The notes beneath the pieces were generated by a model. It worked only from the letters and a program-made list of their open reading frames with translations. It searched no databases and was not told the DNA's origin. Positions 1 to 9,855 of a DNA stretch of 64,000 nt are shown in pieces. Position 1 is the first letter of the stretch. Every line of letters begins with the position of its first letter. This stretch comes from a virus. The position numbers and the translations under genes were made by a program. The stretch covers positions 12,885-76,884 of the IMG/VR virus record IMGVR_UViG_3300043313_000346, one strand, 5' to 3'.

Positions 1-241
1 GCTCGGCTTCAGCGACGCTGAAATTCGCGAGATCGCGCGGCGCGGGCTCGCCGATCATCCCGGCCGTGTCGAAGTGCTGATGTATCAGGTCGAAGACGAG
101 AGCGGAGCGCTCACTGCGCATCGCAACATCATCCGCGCGGGCGGCGGCAAGCCCACGCTCGGCCCGCTCACATTCTTTGAGACCAAGGAAAGCGAAGGTC
201 GCTTCATCGGCATGTTGCCTCAACGGGGAACGATGCAATGA
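1..241 (+). CDS. hypothetical protein, 5' partial
   Basis: Open frame from base 2 (LGFSDAEIRE...GTMQ*); stop overlaps the next ATG. Confidence 0.65.
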   Translation, partial: LGFSDAEIREIARRGLADHPGRVEVLMYQVEDESGALTAHRNIIRAGGGKPTLGPLTFFETKESEGRFIGMLPQRGTMQ

Positions 242-456
242 CGCGAGATGAGCATCTGGCTTGGTGCAAGCGGCGCGCTCTCGAATACGTCGACCACGGC
301 AATCTGTTGCAAGCATGGGCGTCGATGGGAAGCGACATGAACAAGCATCCCGAAACACGGAATCACCCGGGCCTCGAACTCGGCATGACGCTGATGATCA
401 GCGGTGACCTATCGCGCAGGGATGCGATGAGACGTTTCATCGAGGGCTTCCAATGA
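238..456 (+). CDS. hypothetical protein
   Basis: ATGA-coupled at both ends. Confidence 0.75.
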   Translation: MTRDEHLAWCKRRALEYVDHGNLLQAWASMGSDMNKHPETRNHPGLELGMTLMISGDLSRRDAMRRFIEGFQ

Positions 457-677
457 CTGACCTACAGCAATTTGTCGAGAAAATGCACTTCGGCGCAATC
501 GCGATCAGTGTCGCCGGATCATCGCCAGTCGTGCATTGCCTGAATCAACTCGCCGCCGCACAGGATGATTGGCAGCGCTGCGAGCTTGCCAACCGCATGC
601 GCGAGTCCATCGAAGCCGATGGGCTGAAGCTCGAACACGGCGCCTATGATTTTCTGTTGGGGATGGTTGCGCCGTGA
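453..677 (+). CDS. hypothetical protein
   Basis: Coupled to neighbours. Confidence 0.7.
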   Translation: MTDLQQFVEKMHFGAIAISVAGSSPVVHCLNQLAAAQDDWQRCELANRMRESIEADGLKLEHGAYDFLLGMVAP

Positions 678-973
678 GGCAGCCGTTCCACTTCGGGCCC
701 GATCACCATCTCAAGCGCGCCGGCGCGTGCCCAAGCTGCAGCCGGCAACTCACCGGCGCGACCGCCATCGGTCAGGGCGACAAGCCGAGCGACAATCGTC
801 CGAAACGTGGTGACGCGACGATCTGCATTTACTGCGGCGCGTTGCTGGTCTTCACGCGCGGGCTGAAGTTGCGCCACGCGACCGAAGACGAGCGCCGTGA
901 GATCGGCGCGATGCCGACGGTGCAAACCATCCTGATGGCGCAGGCTGCAATGAGCGGGAAGAAACCGTCATGA
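674..973 (+). CDS. Zn-ribbon hypothetical protein
   Basis: CPSC and CIYC pairs; coupled. Confidence 0.7.
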   Translation: MRQPFHFGPDHHLKRAGACPSCSRQLTGATAIGQGDKPSDNRPKRGDATICIYCGALLVFTRGLKLRHATEDERREIGAMPTVQTILMAQAAMSGKKPS

Positions 974-1254
974 CCGGAAAGTATTCGCTCGGAGATGGGC
1001 CGATCTCGCCGGAATACGAACGGCAGATGAGCGCGCTCGCAAAAGCGCTCAACGAGATGTTCAACGGCCAGCTTAAAGGTCGCGATCGCAAGACCGGCTT
1101 CGTCCTGATGGTCTATCCGTTCGACGACCACGGCGGCACCGACGGGCGCTGCAATTACATCAGCAACGGTGCCGATCGGCGCGACGTCGTCAAGCTGATG
1201 AAGGAAATGATCAAGCGGTTCGAGGGACAACCAGAAGCCAAGGGAAGAGCATGA
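970..1254 (+). CDS. hypothetical protein
   Basis: ATGA-coupled. Confidence 0.75.
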   Translation: MTGKYSLGDGPISPEYERQMSALAKALNEMFNGQLKGRDRKTGFVLMVYPFDDHGGTDGRCNYISNGADRRDVVKLMKEMIKRFEGQPEAKGRA

Positions 1255-1511
1255 CGAGTCACCCGCCGAAACGGATAGACGCACTCATGGCCTGCGACCG
1301 CTTGATGCAAGTCGCTTCCGCGCTGCGTCTCGATCTTGCGCCGCGCGATCCGGAAGGCCGCTCGCTCTCGTTGGGGGTGTGCATGTTCGTTGGCGTCTTC
1401 CTCTCAACGATCCCCGAGGAATATCGCCAGCAATTCTGTGACGCCGCGAACGGCTACGCGCTCCGCACCCGCGAGCTTCTGCAAGAGATTGAAGAGAAGG
1501 GGAAAGCGTGA
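1251..1511 (+). CDS. hypothetical protein
   Basis: ATGA-coupled. Confidence 0.7.
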   Translation: MTSHPPKRIDALMACDRLMQVASALRLDLAPRDPEGRSLSLGVCMFVGVFLSTIPEEYRQQFCDAANGYALRTRELLQEIEEKGKA

Positions 1512-1741
1512 TGGCGAGCCGCGAGTATTTCGTCGTCGACTGCGAGGGCTATATTTCCATTTCGCCTGAGACGAAGGGGCATGAGCTTGAGCCGGAAGCG
1601 TTCGCGACGCTCAAGGCGGCGACGAAGCGCGCCACCAAGCTCGCCGAGCACGAGCCCGGCCGCACCGTCGTGGTCACGCGCGCGGTCGCTTACATCACGT
1701 GCCCGGTGCTCAAACCGAAAATCGAGATTCGCAAACTGTGA
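1508..1741 (+). CDS. hypothetical protein
   Basis: Coupled; purine-rich RBS. Confidence 0.7.
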   Translation: MMASREYFVVDCEGYISISPETKGHELEPEAFATLKAATKRATKLAEHEPGRTVVVTRAVAYITCPVLKPKIEIRKL

Positions 1742-1754
1742 GGACATTGTGCCG

Positions 1755-2003
1755 ATGAGACGCGCGCCGTGGAGCGATGAAGAGGTCAAGGCCCTGAACC
1801 GTTTTCAGGGATACGGATTCGTTCACCCGTTCACGTGCGGCAACGACCACGGGACTCAGGATGACCGCGTGTTGGTCGCGACCAAAGACGGCTGGATATG
1901 CCCCGGCTGCGACTACAAGCAAACATGGGCCTACGAAATCATGTTCGAACCGCTGGTCAACCCGCTCGACAGCCTTCAACCGGAGAAAGGAAACGACGCA
2001 TGA
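1755..2003 (+). CDS. small Cys-containing hypothetical protein
   Basis: GAGGA RBS; HPFTC and CPGC motifs. Confidence 0.7.
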   Translation: MRRAPWSDEEVKALNRFQGYGFVHPFTCGNDHGTQDDRVLVATKDGWICPGCDYKQTWAYEIMFEPLVNPLDSLQPEKGNDA

Positions 2004-2398
2004 TCATCACCGTTGAGAAGCTCGCCACCGTGCAGACATCGATCGACAAGCTGGTCGAGCAAGGGCAATCGCTGTTCACCGACATCGGCGAAACCGTGCG
2101 AGATCGCGCACGCCTTTTGCAAGAGGTTCTGAACCACGAAAAGACGATCAACGATCTCAACGGCGAGATCGCCGATCTGCAGGCGCGCAACCGTGATCTC
2201 GAACTGCGCAACAGCCGGCTGGTCGACGACCTGATGAAGTTCGAGACGCAGTACAACGAAGCGAGCGCGCTGCTCGACAACGTGCGCGCCACGGTCGCGA
2301 GGCCGAAGCCGAACGGCGGCGCGGCTAAGAACGACACGCATCCGGTGCCGCTGCGACCGCAAGGCATGCTGCCGCGCGACAACGGCACGCTGCGGTGA
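2000..2398 (+). CDS. coiled-coil hypothetical protein
   Basis: AAGGA RBS; heptad pattern. Confidence 0.7.
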   Translation: MIITVEKLATVQTSIDKLVEQGQSLFTDIGETVRDRARLLQEVLNHEKTINDLNGEIADLQARNRDLELRNSRLVDDLMKFETQYNEASALLDNVRATVARPKPNGGAAKNDTHPVPLRPQGMLPRDNGTLR

Positions 2399-2646
2399 CC
2401 ACCATGAAAGCATCAATCGAAGTTGAGAACCGCAACGAAGCCAAGGCGATCACCACCGGGCTCGAAGACCCGGCGACGCGCGCCTTCGTCGTCGTCATGG
2501 GCGCGCTCGCGGCGTTGCCGAGCGATCGTGCCCGCAAGCGCGTGCTGCAATACGTCACCGATTATCTCGACGAGCAGCGCGAGCAAGCCAACGCCGATTA
2601 TACCGAACAGCACAGGGGAACGGCAGCGTCCGATGGTGGCACGTAA
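2395..2646 (+). CDS. hypothetical protein
   Basis: Coupled ORF. Confidence 0.65.
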   Translation: MTTMKASIEVENRNEAKAITTGLEDPATRAFVVVMGALAALPSDRARKRVLQYVTDYLDEQREQANADYTEQHRGTAASDGGT

Positions 2647-2860
2647 AAACACGTTCAATACTTCGTTTCAGGGCAAGCCAAGCCAGCGCCCTGATCGCAA
2701 GGCGCTCGCGCTGATGCGCCGCGCCGACACCGAGCGCGACAGCCACGGCTTCTCGATGACCGGCGAGCGCAAGCGCGGCGTGTTCGTTGACCCGAACATG
2801 AAGGTGACGCTGCCGCGCCTGCAGTTTCTGGAAAAGCCTGACGAGGGCGACCTGCCATGA
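2633..2860 (+). CDS. hypothetical protein
   Basis: Start at MVARKN; coupled to next gene. Confidence 0.6.
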   Translation: MVARKNTFNTSFQGKPSQRPDRKALALMRRADTERDSHGFSMTGERKRGVFVDPNMKVTLPRLQFLEKPDEGDLP

Positions 2861-3132
2861 CCGCACCGATGCGCCGCTACCTGCTCAACAAGCAGATCGC
2901 GATCGAGTCGCGGCGCATCGCCCACGTGGCGACCAAGACATGCAAATTTGCATTTGACGGCACTGATCACGACGACGAGCACACCGGCAACTGCAACAAG
3001 CTCAAGCGCGCGATCGAGACGCTCGCGCTGCAGGTCAAGCTCGCCGCACTGCAGCCGGTGCCGGTCGAGCGTGAGGAAGCGCCGCCACTGTTCGAACAGG
3101 AGGAAGCCGATGACGACGCACAGCGACTCTGA
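2857..3132 (+). CDS. hypothetical protein
   Basis: ATGA-coupled. Confidence 0.7.
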   Translation: MTAPMRRYLLNKQIAIESRRIAHVATKTCKFAFDGTDHDDEHTGNCNKLKRAIETLALQVKLAALQPVPVEREEAPPLFEQEEADDDAQRL

Positions 3133-3394
3133 AGGGCGGCAGAATTACGTTGTCGGCCTCGTCAGCCAGATCAACAACGTGCTCGCGGGTGAGGATATGG
3201 CAGAGGCTGCCACCGCTCTGACGTTGGCGGTCGTCTGCCAGATGGTCACCGTCGCACCAACCAACAGCGAGGAACGTGTGGCGCAGGCTGATGCGTTCGC
3301 CGCTCAAGTGCGCGACTACGTGCGGCGTGACGACATCGTCGAGTGGATCAGGCACTGCACCACGCACATCCAAAGATCGGAGAGAGGGCAATGA
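3110..3394 (+). CDS. hypothetical protein
   Basis: AGGAGG RBS before ATG 3110. Confidence 0.7.
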   Translation: MTTHSDSEGRQNYVVGLVSQINNVLAGEDMAEAATALTLAVVCQMVTVAPTNSEERVAQADAFAAQVRDYVRRDDIVEWIRHCTTHIQRSERGQ

Positions 3395-3648
3395 GCGATT
3401 TCGATCCGATCAAGGCGCAGCGCGAAGAGCTTGTCGGCTGGAACGACTGGCGCAAGCGGCTGAAGGTGATCGCGATGCACAAAGAGGAATTGATCGACGA
3501 AGCCACCACCGAGCGCGATGCGCTCTTGGGCACGGCTTCGCTGCTCGACGGCATGATCGAGAAGGGACAGGCCCGGCTGCGCGCTCTGGAAGATGAGCGC
3601 GACGCCAAGGCGAAGGGCGAGCCGTCGCCACAGGAAGCGCCGCCGTGA
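3391..3648 (+). CDS. coiled-coil hypothetical protein
   Basis: ATGA-coupled, RBS. Confidence 0.7.
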   Translation: MSDFDPIKAQREELVGWNDWRKRLKVIAMHKEELIDEATTERDALLGTASLLDGMIEKGQARLRALEDERDAKAKGEPSPQEAPP

Positions 3649-3774
3649 GCGACCGCGCCATCCGCTGGATTGCCGTGTCCGTCTCGCTGGTCGCGTGGGC
3701 GATGATCATTTGGGCGGTGGCCAGCGCCGTCAACGGTTGCGGGGTGCATGCAGCATGACAAGGGAGTCACACCG

Positions 3775-3996
3775 ATGAAGGGCCACAGCGTCATCCGTCT
3801 GCCCGAAGTCGAGCGGCGCACCGGCTTCTCGCGCCCGACGATCTATCGGCTGATGGACGCCGGCACGTTCCCGCGCTTCGTGCGGATCGGTGCGCGCTCG
3901 ATCGGTTGGGTTGAGGAAGAAATCGACCGCTACGTCGAGAGCAAGATCGCAACGCGCGATCGCGACGCGGTCCACCGGCAAGAGCAGGACCGATGA
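3775..3996 (+). CDS. AlpA-family HTH regulator / excisionase
   Basis: IRLPEVERRTGFSRPTIYRLMDAGTFP..RIGARSIGWVEEEI signature; GGGAG RBS. Confidence 0.9.
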   Translation: MKGHSVIRLPEVERRTGFSRPTIYRLMDAGTFPRFVRIGARSIGWVEEEIDRYVESKIATRDRDAVHRQEQDR

Positions 3997-4181
3997 CGTT
4001 CTCGTCGAAGTTCGCGCTGCGCGATCGCGTGTGGATCGACGGCGACGACACGATCAACGCGACCGTCGTCGGCTTCGCGTTCTATGGGCAGACCACCGAG
4101 GTGCAAATCTCATGGGTCCACGCGGGCGCGATCCAGACGGCGTGGGTCGCGGAGTGGCGGCTGACACACGCGGAGGGATGA
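3993..4181 (+). CDS. small SH3/YorP-like hypothetical protein
   Basis: KFALRDRV start; coupled. Confidence 0.6.
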   Translation: MTFSSKFALRDRVWIDGDDTINATVVGFAFYGQTTEVQISWVHAGAIQTAWVAEWRLTHAEG

Positions 4182-4573
4182 TGAAGCCGGCTGAGATCAT
4201 CGCGCACATCGAGCACGTCGCGCGCATGGGCGGGCCCGGCGCGTGGATGCGCAACCAAGAGCTTCTCGCCGGCCGCTGGCTGGTGAAGCCGGGCTCGGTG
4301 CCGTGGCTGCCGGCGGAAGATTGGGACGATGGCAGCATCATCAGCGTCGACGCTGACGACCGCGTGCGGCTGGTCGCGCTGGCGGCCAAGCGTCCGGGGC
4401 GCGGTGCCTTCAAGCGGCTGGTCGCGCTGATCCGCGCGGCCGGGCTCTCGCCGGTGGTGGTGACGCCGACGGATCGGCTCGCGGCGCATCTCAAGCGGCG
4501 AGGCTGGCGCATGCGCGTGACCGGCAGCGGCGAGGCGGCGCAGACGATCTGGTATCCGCGCAAGCGGCGCTGA
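4178..4573 (+). CDS. hypothetical protein, possibly GNAT-like
   Basis: GGAGG RBS; RPGRGAF resembles the acetyl-CoA-binding motif. Confidence 0.55.
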   Translation: MMKPAEIIAHIEHVARMGGPGAWMRNQELLAGRWLVKPGSVPWLPAEDWDDGSIISVDADDRVRLVALAAKRPGRGAFKRLVALIRAAGLSPVVVTPTDRLAAHLKRRGWRMRVTGSGEAAQTIWYPRKRR

Positions 4574-4603
4574 AAGCTGCGTCAGAGTTGGTGGGTCTTT
4601 GTC

Positions 4604-4792
4604 ATGGGTAAAGCGAACAGCACATTCCGCCAGCGCGACGTTGTCGCAGCGATCCGCGCGGCCAAGCGCGCGGGACAAAATGTGACATCGTTTGAAATTC
4701 TCCCAAACGGCAATATAAAGGTCCACGTCGGCGCTCCCGCCGATGATTCCTCCAACCAGAAAACGGATGCCGATTCATGGGACGACGTTTGA
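4604..4792 (+). CDS. small integrase-associated protein (possible recombination directionality factor)
   Basis: Overlaps integrase start; FRQRDV..AIRAAKRAG..V.SFEI.PNGNI pattern. Confidence 0.6.
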   Translation: MGKANSTFRQRDVVAAIRAAKRAGQNVTSFEILPNGNIKVHVGAPADDSSNQKTDADSWDDV

Positions 4793-5886
4793 AACCGGGG
4801 CTGCCACACGTTGACAGCTTCCCCGACAGGCACGGCAGGCGACGCTATTTCTTTCGGCTCAATCGACAATCGAAGCGCATCCCGCTTCCTGACATCGACG
4901 ATCCGAATTTCATGGCAGCCTATGAGGCCGCGAAGGCCGGCACACCGACTCAACTGCCACCGAAGCCGCTCGGCGCCTCGAAGATCAGACCGGGCTCGGT
5001 CGCCGAAGCGATGGCCGAGTTCTATGCCGATGACACGTGGACGGCGCTCGCCGACACCAGCCGTTCGCAAATCAAGTGCTACCTTGAACCGTTCCGCGAA
5101 GAGCACGGGCACCGCATGATGCGCGAGCTTGCGACGCTCAAGCTGCAGAAGATCGTCGACAAGCTCGGCCCGCACTCGCAGCGTCATCTGGTCGCCGGCA
5201 TCCGCAAGCTCACCAAGTTCTGCCGGCGCGTCGGCTACCTCGACAAGACCACGCCCGATCCGGCGCGCGATCTGGAAATGAAGGACAAGCCGAAGACCGA
5301 CGGATTCTATACGTGGGTTGAGAGCGATCACGTCGCCTTCAAGCGGCGATGGGGCAAGGACACGCGTCCGCGTCTGGTCTATCAACTGATCAACAACTTC
5401 GGCCTGCGTCTGTCGGACGTTCGCAAGGTGGCACCGCGCCACATCGTCAGCGGCGTGATGACGATCAAGCCGCAGAAGACGCAGAACAGCAGCAAGGTCG
5501 ACGTCGACATCGAGGTCTGGCCCGAGACGCTGGAGATCATCGCGGCGAACCGGCAGCGGCAATTCAAAAACGTGGTGATCCTCAACGACGCGAACCTGCC
5601 GTTCGTGTTGACCAACACCAACGCTGCGCCGCGACCGCTGAAGGTGAAGTCGCTCGGCATGGACATGCGCGAGGCTTACGACGCGGCGGGGCTCACGCAC
5701 TGCACCAGCCACGGCATCCGCAAGTCCGGTGCTGCGGTGGCGGCCGAGCAGGGCGCGACCGTCAACGAGTTGATGGCGATGTTCGGATGGGTCACGCCGA
5801 AGGAAGCGATGCGCTACACCGAGAAGGCTGACCGCAAGCGCATGGCCGCAAGCGGCACAAAGAAACGCGCTGCGGCAGAAGGCTGA
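4777..5886 (+). CDS. int: tyrosine recombinase / phage integrase
   Basis: Catalytic R (GLRLSD), K (KTQ), HGIRK, MFGW and Y (MRYT). Confidence 0.95.
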   Translation: MGRRLKPGLPHVDSFPDRHGRRRYFFRLNRQSKRIPLPDIDDPNFMAAYEAAKAGTPTQLPPKPLGASKIRPGSVAEAMAEFYADDTWTALADTSRSQIKCYLEPFREEHGHRMMRELATLKLQKIVDKLGPHSQRHLVAGIRKLTKFCRRVGYLDKTTPDPARDLEMKDKPKTDGFYTWVESDHVAFKRRWGKDTRPRLVYQLINNFGLRLSDVRKVAPRHIVSGVMTIKPQKTQNSSKVDVDIEVWPETLEIIAANRQRQFKNVVILNDANLPFVLTNTNAAPRPLKVKSLGMDMREAYDAAGLTHCTSHGIRKSGAAVAAEQGATVNELMAMFGWVTPKEAMRYTEKADRKRMAASGTKKRAAAEG

Positions 5887-5889
5887 ACA

Positions 5890-6077
5890 TGCGATTCCCA
5901 AACCACAGAACAGGGTTTGGGAATGGGACAATTACCCCAATGATTTCAACGTCAATATTTGCACCAGACAATACGGCTTCTTGTCGCTGGTGCATGGAAA
6001 ATCAAGGGGTTACAAATCCCAAACCGGATAAGATGATCCCACACGCTTATTCGGTGTTCTTTCATCGTTCCCAAACC
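5890..6077. other. putative attP
   Basis: AT-rich gap after int. TCCCAAACC at about 5895, 6016, 6068 and inverted at 5914. IHF consensus AATCAAGGGGTTA at 6000-6012. Central imperfect palindrome at 5960-5994. Confidence 0.7.
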
Positions 6078-6110
6078 GCCGTGCCCCGTGACAGGGTGCG
6101 GCGGTTTTTT
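6073..6110 (+). terminator. rho-independent terminator
   Basis: AAACCGCCGTGCCC...GGGTGCGGCGG hairpin followed by T6. Confidence 0.75.
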
Positions 6111-6124
6111 AATGGAGGATTCTG

Positions 6125-6820
6125 ATGCGCCCATTGAACGCCGCGATCGCCGACATTCCGCTGCCTGATCGGATGCGCCGGCTGCCAGTGAGCGACACCG
6201 GGTTTCCGGTCCCGTGGTTCGTCGAATGGATCGACGACAAGCCGGATTTCCGCGTGATGGATTCACGCAAATGGGTCCGCGCGGTGAAGCTCGATTTATG
6301 TTGGTTGTGCGGCGCGACACTGGGCCGCTTCAAGGTGTTCACCGCTGGCCCGATGTGCGCCGTCAACAGGACGTCGGCCGAGCCGCCATCGCATCGTGGC
6401 TGCGCCGAATACGCCGTGAAGGCGTGCCCGTTCCTGACCAAGCCGCGCATGCGCCGCAACAACACGGACCTGCCAGAGCAGCACCAGAAGCCCGGCGGGC
6501 TCATGCTGGAGCGCAACCCCGGCTGCACGCTGCTGTGGATTTGCCACGACTATCGGGTGATCAAGACCGACGGTGGGCCGATCATCAAGATGGGCGAGCC
6601 GGTCGAGATCGTCGCCTATGCCGGCGGCGGGCTCGCGACGCGCGCAGAAGTCGACGCCTCGATCGCGTCCGGCCTGCCGCTGCTCAAAGCTGAATGCTTC
6701 AACGAAGACGACAGGCGCGTGCTCGCGCGCCAGATGGAGCGCGCCGAAGCGGTGTTCAAAACGAAACTGAAGACGGTGGTCACCGAGAGCGATCGCGCTG
6801 CGCTGGCGGGGCGTGCATGA
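6125..6820 (+). CDS. hypothetical protein (Cys/His motifs)
   Basis: GGAGG RBS; CWLC, HRGC and CPF motifs. Confidence 0.8.
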   Translation: MRPLNAAIADIPLPDRMRRLPVSDTGFPVPWFVEWIDDKPDFRVMDSRKWVRAVKLDLCWLCGATLGRFKVFTAGPMCAVNRTSAEPPSHRGCAEYAVKACPFLTKPRMRRNNTDLPEQHQKPGGLMLERNPGCTLLWICHDYRVIKTDGGPIIKMGEPVEIVAYAGGGLATRAEVDASIASGLPLLKAECFNEDDRRVLARQMERAEAVFKTKLKTVVTESDRAALAGRA

Positions 6821-7041
6821 GCGAGAAATTCACGCTCTCGCCGGCTGCGGCCGGCAACTTCGTTATCGGGCTGTCGAGTCCGATGTATTGCGCGAAGATC
6901 ACCGCCGACGGTGTGGTCTTCATCGACTGGAAGGCCACCGAGAACGCCGCCGCAAATCTCAAGCCCACCGATGCGATGACGCTCGCCATCGTGCGCCTGA
7001 TGCTGGCGATCCGCGACGGCACGTTCAAGCCGTTGGAATGA
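6817..7041 (+). CDS. hypothetical protein
   Basis: ATGA-coupled. Confidence 0.6.
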   Translation: MSEKFTLSPAAAGNFVIGLSSPMYCAKITADGVVFIDWKATENAAANLKPTDAMTLAIVRLMLAIRDGTFKPLE

Positions 7042-7054
7042 AGGGAGCAAGATC

Positions 7055-7639
7055 ATGGACACGCAGAGCATCACCCTCGATCCGTCAAAGGCGCGCGAAC
7101 TCTGGCGTGCCTATCGCAAGCATCAGCACTACAGCGAGCCGATCGACCGCGAGATCATGGCGGCCTATCAGAAGCTCGCGCAGGGCAAGCTGATCATCAA
7201 GGCGCTCGACTCGATCGTGAAGGCCGGGCTCGGTGCCGATCGACTGCCCAAGCTCGCGCTGGTGCGCGCCGACAAGAAGGCGTGCCGCTGCACCATGGAC
7301 GCCAACGGCTCGGCGGTGATGTCGGCTGAAGGCTACGACGTGCCGTGGCGTGGTGATGCGCCGCCGAACTCCTGCTACTTTCGCTGGCCTGCGGGGACGT
7401 TCTCCGGTGCAGCCACACGCTACGGCGGGCGCGCGATCACACCGCTGATCCCGATCGACCATCGGCCCAAGCGCGGGCTCGCGAACTATCACATCTTGTT
7501 CGAGGCCGAATGGTCGCGCGTGCCGCCGCGCGATCCGTATCTGCTGCGCCGCATCGGCAAAAGCGATATGTGGGTTGTGCTGGCTATGTGGGACTTGACC
7601 GAGATCGAGCGCGCGGCGCTGGCGGCGCGGATCGCATGA
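7055..7639 (+). CDS. hypothetical protein
   Basis: GGGAG RBS; coding-like composition. Confidence 0.8.
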   Translation: MDTQSITLDPSKARELWRAYRKHQHYSEPIDREIMAAYQKLAQGKLIIKALDSIVKAGLGADRLPKLALVRADKKACRCTMDANGSAVMSAEGYDVPWRGDAPPNSCYFRWPAGTFSGAATRYGGRAITPLIPIDHRPKRGLANYHILFEAEWSRVPPRDPYLLRRIGKSDMWVVLAMWDLTEIERAALAARIA

Positions 7640-8064
7640 GCGACGACGCCAAGGCGGGATGGGAAGTCGAAGGCTTCATCGAGCGGCTGACCCGGCGCGA
7701 TGACAGCAACAGCGAGCGGCTTGTGCTCGAAGCCGTCTCGCACTTGCGCGCGTTCTCGCGCGACTGCGACGCGCTGCGCGCCGCTCGCCATACCGACTCG
7801 CAGCGCATGGTCGCAATGGCTGATAACTACGAACGGCTCGACGACAGGGTGTCCGATCTCACCGAAGCGCTGCAGCGGATCGCGCAATGGGCCGACGCCT
7901 ATCCGCTCGCCGTGTTTCCCGAACCTGATCTAGCGAAGGCTGCAGCGGTGCTGCGCATGCACGGCATGACGATCGACGGCATCAGCGCGCACGTTGCCCG
8001 CCACGTCGTCGAGGGCGTCGGCAAGATCGCGCGCGAGGCTCTAGGGGAGTCCACCAATGGCTAA
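7636..8064 (+). CDS. hypothetical protein
   Basis: ATGA-coupled. Confidence 0.7.
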   Translation: MSDDAKAGWEVEGFIERLTRRDDSNSERLVLEAVSHLRAFSRDCDALRAARHTDSQRMVAMADNYERLDDRVSDLTEALQRIAQWADAYPLAVFPEPDLAKAAAVLRMHGMTIDGISAHVARHVVEGVGKIAREALGESTNG

Positions 8065-8239
8065 AGCATCATGGACGATCTGCCCGGGCTGCGGACGCGG
8101 TCGCGGCGAGGATCACAAGCGCGACTGCGAGCATGGCAAGCCGCCGCCGATCCGCGACTATAGCAAGCTCGAAAACAATCGCGGGCCAGAGACAATGCGC
8201 GGCGTGCCGGTGCCGCTGCAGCCGGTGACGGAGGAATAG
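8057..8239 (+). CDS. small Cys/His hypothetical protein
   Basis: GGGGAG RBS; CPGC..H...C. Confidence 0.6.
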   Translation: MAKASWTICPGCGRGRGEDHKRDCEHGKPPPIRDYSKLENNRGPETMRGVPVPLQPVTEE

Positions 8240-8243
8240 CCCG

Positions 8244-8837
8244 ATGGCTGAAGACACAAGCATCGAGCCGATCCGCAAGCTCAACCGAAACGAGTCGCAC
8301 GACCTGTCGATGATCATCAAGGATCGCGCGAAAGTTTTGAAGGCGTACATCGAAGAGGAAGCGGCGCGGCACATCGCGGACTTCGAGCAGCACATCTCGA
8401 CGGTCTATAAATTCGATGAGGATGAGGTCTGGCGCGAAGCCGCCGAGAAGGCGGCAGAGGTCGTCGCCGAAGCGAATAAGAAGATCATGGCGCAATGCAA
8501 AAAGCTCGGCATCCCGGCGGCGTTCGCGCCCGGGCTCTCGCTGCAATGGGCTGGCCGTGGTCAGAACATGATGCAGAGCCGGCGCCAAGAACTGCGCGCG
8601 GCTGCGATGACGCGCATCGAGGCGATGAAGCGCCGCGCCGCCACCAAGATCGAACAGCAGTCGCTCGATCTGCGCACGCAGGTCGTCGCGATGGCGATCG
8701 TCTCACCGCAGGCAAAGATGTTTCTGGAGTCGCTCGCGCCGGTGAGCGAAGCAATGGGCTCGCTCGATTTCAAGGCGATCGAGAGCGAGATCAGCAAGCG
8801 CGACGAAGTGCGCCGGCTGCGCTACGGGGAAGACTGA
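8244..8837 (+). CDS. alpha-helical hypothetical protein
   Basis: GGAGG RBS. Confidence 0.8.
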   Translation: MAEDTSIEPIRKLNRNESHDLSMIIKDRAKVLKAYIEEEAARHIADFEQHISTVYKFDEDEVWREAAEKAAEVVAEANKKIMAQCKKLGIPAAFAPGLSLQWAGRGQNMMQSRRQELRAAAMTRIEAMKRRAATKIEQQSLDLRTQVVAMAIVSPQAKMFLESLAPVSEAMGSLDFKAIESEISKRDEVRRLRYGED

Positions 8838-9190
8838 TGGATCACATCGACGCCATCGTGTTCGCGATCGAGGCTCTCGGCTTCAACATCGGCGACAACG
8901 ATCTTGAGCGGCGCGCGAAGGCGAGCTTCGTCGTGCAGGCGTTGACGCTGGTGGGATGCAAGATCGTCACGTCAAAAGAGATCGCGGATTTGATCGAGGC
9001 GCTGCGGCCGTTCACCGAAGTCCCGCCGCATTCTCCACCGGAGCGCAAGCTGTTGGTTGTCGATGCTGGTAATGGACCGTGGCACCTAAAACAAATCGCA
9101 TTCGACAACGCCCGCGCGGCGATAACCGCAGGCGCGCGCAATCCTGATCCGCCCGCCGATCATGGTTCGGTGATCCGGAAGAACCTGTGA
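8837..9190 (+). CDS. hypothetical protein
   Basis: TGATG coupling. Confidence 0.65.
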   Translation: MDHIDAIVFAIEALGFNIGDNDLERRAKASFVVQALTLVGCKIVTSKEIADLIEALRPFTEVPPHSPPERKLLVVDAGNGPWHLKQIAFDNARAAITAGARNPDPPADHGSVIRKNL

Positions 9191-9375
9191 TGAAGCATGC
9201 TTCGAACCGAAACGCTTGGGCGATCGGCACGCAGAAGCGCAACGGCTTCCATGTGCGTCGTGTCGTGTGGGGCATGCTCATGGCTAGCGTCGAGCGCCGG
9301 CCGGACGAAGAAATCCGCAAGGCCGTTATCATCGTCTCTGGAAAACGCTCGCGACCGATCAAGGTATTCGAATGA
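9187..9375 (+). CDS. hypothetical protein
   Basis: Coupled ORF. Confidence 0.55.
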   Translation: MMKHASNRNAWAIGTQKRNGFHVRRVVWGMLMASVERRPDEEIRKAVIIVSGKRSRPIKVFE

Positions 9376-9584
9376 TCGAGACCCTCGCCGTCATCGAATA
9401 CGAGCACACGCTTGGGCACGTCACCGCCGGCATCGTGCTGTTCGACGACGTCGTCGTCGAGGCGGCGCCGATCGTGAACTACATGAAGCGCGGCAAGTGG
9501 ACACGCGCGCGCGTGCGGGCATACTGCGCCGACAAGGGATGGAAGATTAGCGTGGTTCACCAACTCGAACGGGAGAGACCGTGA
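9372..9584 (+). CDS. hypothetical protein
   Basis: ATGA-coupled. Confidence 0.7.
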   Translation: MIETLAVIEYEHTLGHVTAGIVLFDDVVVEAAPIVNYMKRGKWTRARVRAYCADKGWKISVVHQLERERP

Positions 9585-9612
9585 TGCCGAGCGACCGCGA
9601 CGGAGGAACAAG

Positions 9613-9855
9613 ATGAGCACCAGAGCCACGAATTTCGTGTCTTGGCTTCTTGAGGACGTTGACAGCGTTCACGCCGAGGCAGGCACCCCGCGTGATGAGC
9701 AGTTGCGCGAGTTCGAGCGCGACGGGTTTCTCCGGTTCTCGGGCTGCACACGCGGAACGAACAATTACGAAATCGTCACGGGCGGCTTCCGCGCATTTTG
9801 GGAAGCAGCCGCCGTACACGGCCGCGCGCCACACATGGACGAGGAGCGAAAATGA
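9613..9855 (+). CDS. hypothetical protein
   Basis: GGAGG RBS. Confidence 0.65.
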   Translation: MSTRATNFVSWLLEDVDSVHAEAGTPRDEQLREFERDGFLRFSGCTRGTNNYEIVTGGFRAFWEAAAVHGRAPHMDEERK

